Shown here: piece by piece, positions 19,313 to 27,526 of the stretch | Layout of the letters: the number at the start of each line of letters is the position of its first letter | Numbering within the stretch: position 1 is the first letter of the stretch | Origin: a virus | Lineage: Duplodnaviria > Caudoviricetes | Direction: 5' to 3' (one strand) | DNA: 40,297 bases | IMG/VR virus record: IMGVR_UViG_3300038406_000249 | Location: 1 to 40,297 of that record | Made by a program: the position numbers and the translations under genes | The notes under the pieces: generated by a model | The model's input: only the letters and a program-made list of their open reading frames with translations | Database searches by the model: none | What the model was told of the DNA's origin: nothing

Positions 19313-20837
19313 CCCAATCACACTCCTGCAAATAATTGGACCAGTCCATCTGCTCGCGTTGCTTCCGGATCTTGCTTTCGATCCGAAATTCTTTCTGCCG
19401 CTCATAGAACTCAGCTGAGCCTTCGGCAGGGTAGGGTTTCGCGATCGGATCGAACACATGCTTGGCGCAGTAGTCGACCGCTAACACGAGCGCCGATACT
19501 AAGTCGCCGTGGCCACCGGTCTTCCAGCGCGGACTTTGGATCGAAATCTGTCCGCCAGAAGTTGGTCGAGATTGCACCTCGCGCAGCTGGCGAATCAGCC
19601 TCGTGTGCTCGGGTAATTTTAGCAAACCATCATGCAAGATGGTCCGAAACCGTTGGTAAGTCCGATTCTTTCCAGTCACGCCTTCGGGCGCGCTAAACAG
19701 CAACAGATTGTGTGTCTCTAGGTGCTCGGCGATTGATTCGCGGTAATGCGAGTCAGCCACAACTCCCTCGACGTGGTAACCCTGTGCGATCTTGGCGAAC
19801 ACACCTACTACCGGACCTGGTTTCAGCTCCCGCTCTGTCGGTCGGAGCTCAAGCACATTGGCAACGCGGTAGAGCGCGCGGTCTCGCGCCACAGCGACGA
19901 GCGCGGCTGAATCAACCCGGAACGCGAAGTCGGCACCGACTGCTGTGCAGGCGTCAGGGTCGTATATGAGCGGCAAGACGAGCGACGTATCAACGCTGCG
20001 CTCGATGGCCCGCGCATCGAAGAATGCAATCGCATCGAGATCCATAAATTCGGCATCGAATTCACGGCGCGCATTGTCCGGGTCGCGCTCACGTTCCCGG
20101 TCAACAATCTCGCGTGTCCATTTCACGTCCTGCAAGAGCAGAGTGGGTGCATGCGCCGCAATTGCGGTCGAGTGTTTGCCATGGTTCGCCCGGAATAGCT
20201 CGTATAGCAGACCGGCCTTAGTCCACGGAGTCGAAGCAATAACAATCTGCGCGCCAGGCAGCATGCGGGGATTGATGGCTTTGAAGATTTCGGTGTCATT
20301 GACCTTGTAGCTATCATCACGAAAGAACGCGGCCTCGTCGAGCAGCGCGCCAACGAGCGAGCGGCCGCGTACTGCATAGCCGCCGCTTGTGGCTGGTAGG
20401 CACTCAATATTCACGATGCCCCCTTCTGGCCGGCGAAGCGTCACCGAATCCGTCGTCTCAGCGACTATCAGCGCCCTGAGCTTATCACGCATGCGAAGGG
20501 CGCCCTTGACGTAATTCAAAGCTTGCTTAGCGAGACGCATATCAGGCGCCACAATGAGCCCCATCGCCTGCTCGCCTGGCGCTAGCGTCTGCAGCGACGT
20601 CTGCAGGGCCTGCTGCAGGAGGCGTATCGCGCCGAGCACATACGACTTGCCGCCACGAGCTCCGCAGACGGCAACAAGCACGGCTCGAGCACGGGGTGGT
20701 ATTGGCTCGCGAGAACCAAAGATGAATTCACCGAGCAAGCTATCTGGCTGCTCGCCGTCGAATGCGACGCGCACGAGCTCGTTCTGGCCTGGCTCCAGTT
20801 TGATACCGAGGTAATCGCAGAACGAGCGGAAGTTCAA
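19302..20837 (-). CDS. terL: Terminase large subunit
   Basis: Walker A 'CGARGGKS', Walker B 'ALLDEAAF', coupling motif 'ASTP', nuclease 'GADFA' and 'GHGDLVSA'. Likely start is TTG 20837 overlapping the upstream TGA; the ORF track extends to 20999. Confidence 0.9.
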   Translation of the reverse strand: MNFRSFCDYLGIKLEPGQNELVRVAFDGEQPDSLLGEFIFGSREPIPPRARAVLVAVCGARGGKSYVLGAIRLLQQALQTSLQTLAPGEQAMGLIVAPDMRLAKQALNYVKGALRMRDKLRALIVAETTDSVTLRRPEGGIVNIECLPATSGGYAVRGRSLVGALLDEAAFFRDDSYKVNDTEIFKAINPRMLPGAQIVIASTPWTKAGLLYELFRANHGKHSTAIAAHAPTLLLQDVKWTREIVDRERERDPDNARREFDAEFMDLDAIAFFDARAIERSVDTSLVLPLIYDPDACTAVGADFAFRVDSAALVAVARDRALYRVANVLELRPTERELKPGPVVGVFAKIAQGYHVEGVVADSHYRESIAEHLETHNLLLFSAPEGVTGKNRTYQRFRTILHDGLLKLPEHTRLIRQLREVQSRPTSGGQISIQSPRWKTGGHGDLVSALVLAVDYCAKHVFDPIAKPYPAEGSAEFYERQKEFRIESKIRKQREQMDWSNYLQECDWDEN

Positions 20838-21094
20838 AGGCGCTGCTCCAAGTAACGTACGGCGTCCGCAAATCCGATATCCAGAATCTCCTGCACGAAC
20901 TTGATCGCATCGCCGGACATGCCGCACCCAAAGCAATGATACAAGCCACGTCTCGCGTTGACGTGAAAGCTTGGCATTTTCTCTTTGTGGAATGGGCAAA
21001 GCCCAAAGTGACTGGCGCCTTTCTTTTTTAGATCAACAACAAGCCCCACAAGGCCGACTAAGTCGGTCTTCCTTCTGAGCTCCTCCAAGATCAC
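20834..21094 (-). CDS. Stand-alone CHC2 zinc-finger protein (DnaG primase zinc-binding domain)
   Basis: 'GLCPFHKEKMPSFHVN...YHCFGCGMSGDAIKFV...FADAVRYL'. 86 aa with no TOPRIM domain. Confidence 0.9.
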   Translation of the reverse strand: MILEELRRKTDLVGLVGLVVDLKKKGASHFGLCPFHKEKMPSFHVNARRGLYHCFGCGMSGDAIKFVQEILDIGFADAVRYLEQRL

Positions 21095-21495
21095 TTTCGC
21101 CTCCGCTTCTTGCTCGCACTAACCCATTGGCCTTTGCGTTTGCCGCCCTTGTCTTTTAACCGCTCCCATTCCTCTGCCTCGAACTCGCGCAGCTCATCAA
21201 CGTCTGCAACGAAGCGCATCTGCCGTGCATCCTTCGGCGTCTCTGGTCGCTCGTACATGTCACGCAGGTGCCGGATTAGGTGCGGCGGGCTCTTCGATTC
21301 GTAGAATGCAATGAGCTTGTTCCATTCACGGAACAGCTTCGCACGTTCCTCGGCACACTCAGACGTCGGCGCGCTGCCAACAAACAATCTCCCCCGCTCC
21401 CTGAACTCCCGCTCCTGCTGTACGCGCTTCATGGCGTCGAGGCGCATCAGCTTTGCGCGCTGCAAAGGCGTTAGCTTTAGCAATTCATCCGCCAC
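21091..21495 (-). CDS. Hypothetical basic protein
   Basis: 134 aa, overlaps both neighbours, K/R-rich C-terminus. Confidence 0.6.
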   Translation of the reverse strand: MADELLKLTPLQRAKLMRLDAMKRVQQEREFRERGRLFVGSAPTSECAEERAKLFREWNKLIAFYESKSPPHLIRHLRDMYERPETPKDARQMRFVADVDELREFEAEEWERLKDKGGKRKGQWVSASKKRRRK

Positions 21496-21772
21496 CGTTC
21501 GGCTCCTTTCGCTGCATCCACGGCGCGTTGGCGGCCAGATCAGTCACTGTCTTGCGTGAGACGCGCGCTTTCGATGTCTCGACACCGAGCACGCGCGAAA
21601 CGTAATTCAAAACGAACATGGCGGACGCGATATCTGGGTTAGGCACAGACTCGCCCTTCTTGTTTTTGGAGGTGCGATTCATCGCAAGGTCGTACGCCTC
21701 CTGTGCGCGTGACAAGAGTTCGGCCTTCGCTTCGTCGGCGGAAGCGCTCACTAACTCGCTAAAGCTCTTCAC
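21485..21772 (-). CDS. Putative terminase small subunit
   Basis: GTG 21772 with RBS AGGAG. 95-aa helical protein ('NPDIASAMFVLNYVSRVLGV') upstream of terL. Confidence 0.45.
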   Translation of the reverse strand: MKSFSELVSASADEAKAELLSRAQEAYDLAMNRTSKNKKGESVPNPDIASAMFVLNYVSRVLGVETSKARVSRKTVTDLAANAPWMQRKEPNGGG

Positions 21773-21780
21773 GGGCTCTC

Positions 21781-23112
21781 CTAAGCGATTCGCGCATTGC
21801 TTGGATCCATGACAGTCCGCATGAATTCTCCGAGCTCTGCGGCTCCTTCGCGCAATAGCTCTGAGAAGAGTCCTTCGATTCGGTCGATGTGTTCGGTTCG
21901 TCCATGCAGCCTCCATTTGTCGAGCAGTGTGATCGTCTGCTCTGCTAGCCAATAATCGAGCAGCATTGAGTCTTCGGGGGAGTCGCTCAGTAGCCCGAGT
22001 TCCGAGCCGCACCAAAATATTACGAGCTCTCGAGATAGCGGTGGAGCCGCAACGAGCTGTGATCGCACCGGTGGCAACGTGGAGAGTAGGTCGCGCAGCG
22101 GCACATCGGCCCAGCCGTCGATGTGCACGCCACCCTCTGTGCAGTTATACGTCCGAGCGTCAGAGTGTATGTCCGCCCATCGCGAGAGCCAATCGCGCAC
22201 CGCGATGAACAGCGGCGACGTCAGCACCTCGGCTACTCCTCCCCAGCCCGGCGCCTTGCGTGCATCGAGCTCAGTCGGTAGCGGGTCGGCTCGCCGATGC
22301 TCTGGCAGAGTGCCCCAGTCGAGACGCACGCGCCCGTCGACCTCCTGGGCGCTGCCAGTGCCCGCGTAAACGAGCCCATCAGTCCACGCCAGGTCTTGAC
22401 CTACCAGCACGATCGGGTCGCAACCGAAGCGCCTAGCGAGACTGACGGCCGCGGTGCTACCGGAGCCAGAGGTAGCGAGCCGTGGTACGCCAGTGAGCTG
22501 TTCGATGAGCGCGCCAAGCTCACCATTCCAAACAGGCAAGAGCTGGCCGCCTGAGCACGCCATTAGCGCAGGGTCGCATGTGAGACCGAATGCTCTCTGT
22601 TCCTCGACCAGATGCAGCTTGTGGCGGATATCATTGCTCTCAATGCACAGCGCGATGTGAGCCGGCACCCACTTGGTTGCTGAGTTGACCGCAATCACGA
22701 GGCCGTTCTCACGCACTCGCTCAAGCAGACGATAATTTTTCCCCAGGCTCGGCCCAGCTCCGACGATAAACGCTGGTACCGGCGCCGACATTGCACCTGC
22801 CATCACGCACGGGCACTCCCATAGGTAATGCAGGTTACGCAACAGATGCTCGACCCATGTACGTGACCGAAGCTGGCTGGTCATACGGTTCTGCGCAGAG
22901 CGTTCTGCAAGCTCATCCACCTGGCGCTGCAGTCGGTCACTACCATCGAGCACAAGTACGCCAGTCTCGCGCAGCGTCAGTCTTGACCAATTCGTGTAGT
23001 CGTCATCTGTGAGCTGGTCGCGCCGCAGCACAGTGTGGCTTGGGAAGCGCTGCTTCGCTTCGTTGTAAGCAGCGTCGGAGCCCGCGAGAATCAGTGTGTC
23101 TCTAGGTAGCAA
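21781..23112 (-). CDS. Maf-family (DUF115 / MptE-like) putative nonulosonic-acid protein glycosyltransferase
   Basis: 'AFIVGAGPSLGKN', 'VIAVNSA', 'GCDPIVLVGQDLAW' and 'YNCTEGG' are the conserved blocks of motility-associated-factor proteins. Confidence 0.85.
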   Translation of the reverse strand: MLPRDTLILAGSDAAYNEAKQRFPSHTVLRRDQLTDDDYTNWSRLTLRETGVLVLDGSDRLQRQVDELAERSAQNRMTSQLRSRTWVEHLLRNLHYLWECPCVMAGAMSAPVPAFIVGAGPSLGKNYRLLERVRENGLVIAVNSATKWVPAHIALCIESNDIRHKLHLVEEQRAFGLTCDPALMACSGGQLLPVWNGELGALIEQLTGVPRLATSGSGSTAAVSLARRFGCDPIVLVGQDLAWTDGLVYAGTGSAQEVDGRVRLDWGTLPEHRRADPLPTELDARKAPGWGGVAEVLTSPLFIAVRDWLSRWADIHSDARTYNCTEGGVHIDGWADVPLRDLLSTLPPVRSQLVAAPPLSRELVIFWCGSELGLLSDSPEDSMLLDYWLAEQTITLLDKWRLHGRTEHIDRIEGLFSELLREGAAELGEFMRTVMDPSNARIA

Positions 23113-23635
23113 AGCGCCTCCGAACTTCCTCGAGATCTTCTGGCGTATTTATGTCGACGTAGTCGCCTATCGTTGGAACCTCGAGGCTGTATCTAGACCA
23201 GCATGCCTCTGCCCATTCCGGAAACATATAGATTCCGTTTCGCTTGCCTCCACTCACTGAGACAACGGTACGGTTGCCCCGTAGTTCGTGGTATGCCGCA
23301 TGCATCCTTTCCAGGTCTTCCGTTTGCATTTCAGGCGTGGTGCATTGCAGAACGCAAATGTCATGCGGATACTCAGATATTGAGCCCAATAAATAATGCA
23401 CCACGTCAATGGTTGGCACATCATCGCCGGTCAACACTGCTGGACGCTCAACGGCGAACTCACCGGCCACCACCAGAATCTCTGGATCTTCTGACGACAC
23501 AATCAACCGGTCGAACCTTCGATATTCCAGAGCTAAGCGTATCGCTCGCTCGACCAACGTCACGCCTCCAACGACTTGCATGTTCTTGCGCGGGATACGT
23601 TTCGAGCCGCCGCGTGCGGGTATGATGCATATCAT
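23102..23635 (-). CDS. neuA: Acylneuraminate cytidylyltransferase (CMP-nonulosonate synthetase)
   Basis: 'IIPARGGSKRIPRKN', 'LIVSSED', 'LQCTTP', 'DINTPEDL'. Confidence 0.9.
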   Translation of the reverse strand: MICIIPARGGSKRIPRKNMQVVGGVTLVERAIRLALEYRRFDRLIVSSEDPEILVVAGEFAVERPAVLTGDDVPTIDVVHYLLGSISEYPHDICVLQCTTPEMQTEDLERMHAAYHELRGNRTVVSVSGGKRNGIYMFPEWAEACWSRYSLEVPTIGDYVDINTPEDLEEVRRRFAT

Positions 23636-24639
23636 CAGAGCTGCTCCAATGCGTCGCAGATGCGCAACGCTGCCTTGCCATCGCCGTACTCCGTCGACGC
23701 CTCGCGCTTGGTGCTGCTCGCCTCGCGAAACACTCGAACCAACTCATCTGCCGTGGCATCCGGCGAACAATGATAAGCCCCAAGCAGCGGCCTCCCAACC
23801 TGTCTCCAGCCAATTAGCACACCGGGCACGCCGAGCGCTGATGTCTCTCGCACAATGACGCTTGAGTTGCCGACGATGAGCCTAGCGCTGCGCAGATATG
23901 AGTAGAACAGCTCCGGCGGCATGTTGCGATGCGTGTTGCGGATGCCGAGCTCTCGGATAGTTTCAACGATGTACTCGTTGCCCGGGTCCGCATTCGGCCA
24001 CCAGACGTGCGTCTCGCCAACTCGTGCCGCTGCCTCGAGCACGGCCGTGTAATCCGTCTCGAGGTCCGCCGGGTGCAGCATGACCATCACGATAGACTCA
24101 GGATGCGGCTCAGCCTGCAGCGCGGTGTCTATGCGCGGGCAGCCGGTCAGGTGCACATACCTCGGATTACGCACCCAGCCCCGAAGACTAAACTGCGCGC
24201 TCTCCGTTGCGACGAAGTGGACATCGGCTAACGCCGACACAGCCTCGCGCACATAATCGTCAACGTTGCCACTGCGTTCGCCACCCATTTGATGAACCAT
24301 CGTCTTACCTGCAAGCAGTGCGGAGTACGCGATTGCGAGCACCTCGTAGCGGTCGCCAACGACGTACACGATGTCCTCATCGCCAAGGTCCTGCATCAGG
24401 GCGAGCGCCGACGTTAGCGCCGCGCTGTTGTTGCCAGGGACGAGACCGGAGCCGCGAGTAACGGCCTCCCCGAACTCCGCCTCTATGTCCACTGCAACGT
24501 CGCCGTACATCCGGTCGATCGCGCTGGCGTAGCAGAGCACACGGAACGGGAGGCCCCGCCGCTTCCACTCGCGAATGACCGCGCAGCTGCTGCCCCAGTT
24601 GGCTCTGCTGCCTATCGTGAAAAGAATACTACCCGCCAT
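23635..24639 (-). CDS. neuC: UDP-GlcNAc 2-epimerase (hydrolysing, NeuC/LegG family)
   Basis: 'VGDRYEVLA', 'HQMGGERSGNVDD', 'GCPRID', 'PNADPG', 'IVGNSS', 'IGWRQVGR', 'YGDGKA'. Confidence 0.9.
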   Translation of the reverse strand: MAGSILFTIGSRANWGSSCAVIREWKRRGLPFRVLCYASAIDRMYGDVAVDIEAEFGEAVTRGSGLVPGNNSAALTSALALMQDLGDEDIVYVVGDRYEVLAIAYSALLAGKTMVHQMGGERSGNVDDYVREAVSALADVHFVATESAQFSLRGWVRNPRYVHLTGCPRIDTALQAEPHPESIVMVMLHPADLETDYTAVLEAAARVGETHVWWPNADPGNEYIVETIRELGIRNTHRNMPPELFYSYLRSARLIVGNSSVIVRETSALGVPGVLIGWRQVGRPLLGAYHCSPDATADELVRVFREASSTKREASTEYGDGKAALRICDALEQL

Positions 24640-25456
24640 GTAAAAAGACCTTTCTCGTAGCTAGCATCTGTTCCGAATTCATCAGCTCATCCCGCGTCAC
24701 CGTCGACGCCATCGCTTGCTCAAGCCATCGGATCTCACTCACGAGTTGTTCAAACTCCGCCGGCTCGAGTGAATGCTGCGCATCGCTGCCATACTGATCC
24801 CGACTGAAGCACACGTGCCGTTCGATGGCGCAGGCACCTAGCGCCACTGCTGCGATACTCAGCGCTAAGCCCATCGTGTGGTCCGATAGACCAAGTCGCG
24901 GCCCCACCGTAAAAAACCGCTTGTACATGTCGTTGTACAAAGCGTGCTCAGCACTGCACGGGTACTCGCTCGTGCAGTGCATCTCTATCCAGTCCTCGTT
25001 AATAGGCAGCTTGAGCTCCGCATGTCGCGCCATGCCGGTCGAGTAGTACACAGGTCGCTCGGTAGCAGCCAACGCATCACGCAGCTCTGTATTTGTTAAT
25101 TGACCGCTCGGGAGCTTGTAGGCATCGGGCGGCGCGTGCCTCGCCCATTCGAGCATCTTCACGGCATCGACAGAAAACACGCTCGTGACGAAGTCAACAT
25201 CGTTCCCTTTGCATGCCTTCCAAATCTCTCGCCACTCCGGAGGTGAGAATCCGGTTCGCTCAAAGTACTCCGCTCGGTCCTCAGTCTGGAAGAACCTAGG
25301 CCGCGGCGCATCTGCTGCCACACGCTGCCCGAAGTGACACTGAAACTTGATGGCATCCGCTCCGAGCTCTGCGAACACATCGATCATCCGCAGCGCGTTG
25401 CCTAGCGAGCCGTCGTGCGTGCTGCCGACTTCGGCCATGATGTAGACGTCACTCAT
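24629..25456 (-). CDS. neuB: N-acetylneuraminate / nonulosonate synthase (no C-terminal SAF domain)
   Basis: 'IMAEVGSTHDGS', 'GADAIKFQ', 'YKLPSG', 'STGM', 'HCTSEYP', 'GLSDHT', 'IERH'. Confidence 0.92.
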   Translation of the reverse strand: MSDVYIMAEVGSTHDGSLGNALRMIDVFAELGADAIKFQCHFGQRVAADAPRPRFFQTEDRAEYFERTGFSPPEWREIWKACKGNDVDFVTSVFSVDAVKMLEWARHAPPDAYKLPSGQLTNTELRDALAATERPVYYSTGMARHAELKLPINEDWIEMHCTSEYPCSAEHALYNDMYKRFFTVGPRLGLSDHTMGLALSIAAVALGACAIERHVCFSRDQYGSDAQHSLEPAEFEQLVSEIRWLEQAMASTVTRDELMNSEQMLATRKVFLHGG

Positions 25457-26103
25457 GACGCAAATTCCACGACATCAAACTTCCCGTCGCCTTGCGACCG
25501 ACTTGCGCCGCACCCGTTCTCTTGCGCATGCCGGAGAATCTGCACGATGTCCTTTTCTCCGACGTGCCTGTTCTCGCCAGGGGCTGTTTTGAGCACCCAT
25601 ATCTCAAACTCGAGCACGGGTTTTTCTACGTAGTCCTGCCGCTTGAGTGCCGTCCTTGGGCCCTGCGCGGTCATTACGTGAATTGCTTTCTCTTCGGTGC
25701 CGTGCGGCTCTGTCACGCCAAGCCGGATCTTGTCGGAACCATCGAGCGCTTTCACTTCCATGCCCTCGGCAAGGATCTGCTTACTGCCGATCTTGGTCTT
25801 CGTGATCCGAAGCATCGACGCCGATTGCTTTAGCATCGCTTTGATGTTTCGCGCCGGGACGAACAACCCTTCCGCGTCGCCCGGGAATCCTATCCAGCAT
25901 TTCTCCGCAACCTCGTTCACCACGAGCTCAGCATTATCCTGCGTGAGCTTGACAGTTTGCTCGTCGCTGTAACCTGTCGTCGACTCGACCCAAGCCTTAA
26001 TTAGCTCTTTATTGCGCGGCATGCCGCCGTAAATGCGGTCTCGTAGAGCAATCTTGACTCGATAGACTGCGTAAAGTTCGCGTGGGTTGAAGTCGTGTTT
26101 CAT
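25453..26103 (-). CDS. Cas7/RAMP-like RNA-binding protein (216 aa)
   Basis: ATG 26103 with strong RBS AAGGAG. N-terminal strand plus Gly ('YRVKIALRDRIYGG'), 'LFVPARNIKAMLKQ' (RAMP P-x-x-x-x-KG-like helix) and a C-terminal G-rich loop 'GCGASRSQGDGKFDV' are characteristic of RAMP/Cas7 proteins. Confidence 0.75.
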   Translation of the reverse strand: MKHDFNPRELYAVYRVKIALRDRIYGGMPRNKELIKAWVESTTGYSDEQTVKLTQDNAELVVNEVAEKCWIGFPGDAEGLFVPARNIKAMLKQSASMLRITKTKIGSKQILAEGMEVKALDGSDKIRLGVTEPHGTEEKAIHVMTAQGPRTALKRQDYVEKPVLEFEIWVLKTAPGENRHVGEKDIVQILRHAQENGCGASRSQGDGKFDVVEFAS

Positions 26104-26124
26104 TGTTCTGTTCTCCTTTTGTAG

Positions 26125-26653
26125 GGCTGGGGCGGTACTGGCTTGGTGGGGGTTGTCGCGTTGGGGAAGCGAGGCGTGGAGTGGGAAGGCTCGTCGCATT
26201 GGGAAGGAATGGCGCAGCACGTCGCTGGCGCGGCACGTCGCGTTGGTCAGGAATGGCCCGGGAGGGCTCGGCTCGTCGCGTCGTTGCGGAATGGCGAGGC
26301 TCGTCGCATCGGTCAGGAATGGCGTGGAATGGCATGTCGTATTGGCGTGGAGTGGGAAGGCTCGTCGCATCGGTCAGGCGCGGCTCAAGGCCCGGTTGGG
26401 CACGTCGCATCGGGACGGGTTTGGTTCGGCCTGTCGCGTTGGAGCTGGCCTGGTTCGGCGCGGCATGTCGCCTCGGTGTGGTGTGGTTTGGCTTGTCGCA
26501 CTGGTTGGACTGGGTCCGGGTCGGCCTGTCGCACTGGCAGGGGCGGGATGGCGCGGTGAGGCGTGGACAGTCGCATCGGGACGGGAGGGCGTGGGAAGGT
26601 TCGTCGCGTTGGCTAGGATGGGATCGGATCGTCGCGGAATGGCTTGTCGCACT
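26125..26653 (+). repeat. Non-coding array of 17 units, each (usually 3-nt linker)+(GGNNN)2-6+GTCGC; candidate guide-RNA array
   Basis: GTCGC (one GTCGT) at 26155, 26193, 26221, 26237, 26275, 26303, 26336, 26364, 26404, 26433, 26467, 26495, 26528, 26570, 26603, 26631 and 26646, each preceded by in-phase GG-initiated pentamers. Confidence 0.9.
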
Positions 26654-26660
26654 GTATTGA

Positions 26661-27008
26661 TCACCTATCCGCCTGCCACGCCCAGTAAGTCACGATCGCA
26701 TCTGCAGGCGTCCGAACGACAGCAACACGCACACCGAGGTTTGCCGCACGCTTGTGCCATGCGACTTGCTCTGCGTTGAGCTTACCAGTCGCTGATTTTA
26801 CTTCCATCCAGCCGTAGCCAACGATGTGCAGGTCAGGTGTGCCTGCCTCAGCGAGCTGCATATGCCCACGTCTGACTCGCACCTGACCGCCGCTCTGCAC
26901 TCGTATGACCCAAGCACCTGCGCTCTCGAGCGCTTTGACTATGGTGCGCTGTAGTTCAGACTCGGAGCGTGCAGCGCTGATGGGCCAGCCAACGGCCATC
27001 GTTCTCAC
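26661..27008 (-). CDS. VRR-NUC (PD-(D/E)xK) endonuclease / resolvase
   Basis: 'SESELQRTI', 'AGTPDL', 'WMEVKSATGKLNAEQVAW'. Confidence 0.85.
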   Translation of the reverse strand: MRTMAVGWPISAARSESELQRTIVKALESAGAWVIRVQSGGQVRVRRGHMQLAEAGTPDLHIVGYGWMEVKSATGKLNAEQVAWHKRAANLGVRVAVVRTPADAIVTYWAWQADR

Positions 27009-27526
27009 GCCAACTCCGTCGGCTGCTTGCGCGGTCGACCCTTGCGCTTAGCTTGAGCCTTTTCCGGCTCATCGAAGTCAGTTATCTGAACTGGCCGATT
27101 GCGCTTGCCATTGCTTGGCTTCGGTGTCTTCGCTTTGCCAGCGTCAAGCTCGGCAAGTTTACCGTCAATACTCTTGTCGGTAAACGGCATCTCCTGCTGC
27201 CTCTCCCATGCCTCCATCGGGCGCTCGCTGATGATCTCACGATTATCGAGACGACGCAGGACCACGCTGTTAGTTTCGGGGCAAAACTCTTCTTGCACGT
27301 CAACCTTGCGCTTTTCGGATCGGCTGTTGATTGCGCGGAGCAGGTCACCACGCTCCCGCTCGAGCTGCTTGACGTATCCGGTGTGCTCAGCAACCACGCT
27401 CTTCTTTCGCTCTTTGGTGTAATCTAGCTCATTCTCGACCACGACCAGATTGTCTCGTTTATCGTCGACCTCCGCGTCAGTCAGACTGCAGACGAATTCC
27501 TGTTGTGTGATGTCTCCGTTTGCCAT
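27005..27526 (-). CDS. Hypothetical phage protein
   Basis: 173 aa with RBS AGGAG. Coiled coil followed by 'RRLDNREIISERPM..ERQ' and a basic tail. Confidence 0.7.
   Translation of the reverse strand: MANGDITQQEFVCSLTDAEVDDKRDNLVVVENELDYTKERKKSVVAEHTGYVKQLERERGDLLRAINSRSEKRKVDVQEEFCPETNSVVLRRLDNREIISERPMEAWERQQEMPFTDKSIDGKLAELDAGKAKTPKPSNGKRNRPVQITDFDEPEKAQAKRKGRPRKQPTELA

Noticed and set aside
20830-20999. Programmed frameshift fusing CHC2 to TerL (CTT TGA at the CHC2 stop; TerL frame open to 20999)
   Set aside because: CTT-TGA is a +1 shift signal but TerL lies in the -1 frame. A simple TTGA start/stop overlap explains the arrangement.
26125-26653. Canonical CRISPR array
   Set aside because: There is no 23-47-nt identical repeat. 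The intervening sequences are short and themselves GG-periodic rather than foreign spacers, and no adaptation genes are present.
26009-26779. Several overlapping ORFs on both strands across the repeat array, including the 89-aa N-terminal extension of the 305-aa ORF and 26374..26664
   Set aside because: These are low-complexity translations of a stop-poor, 5-nt-periodic repeat. A strong RBS supports ATG 26103 as the true start of the RAMP-like gene.
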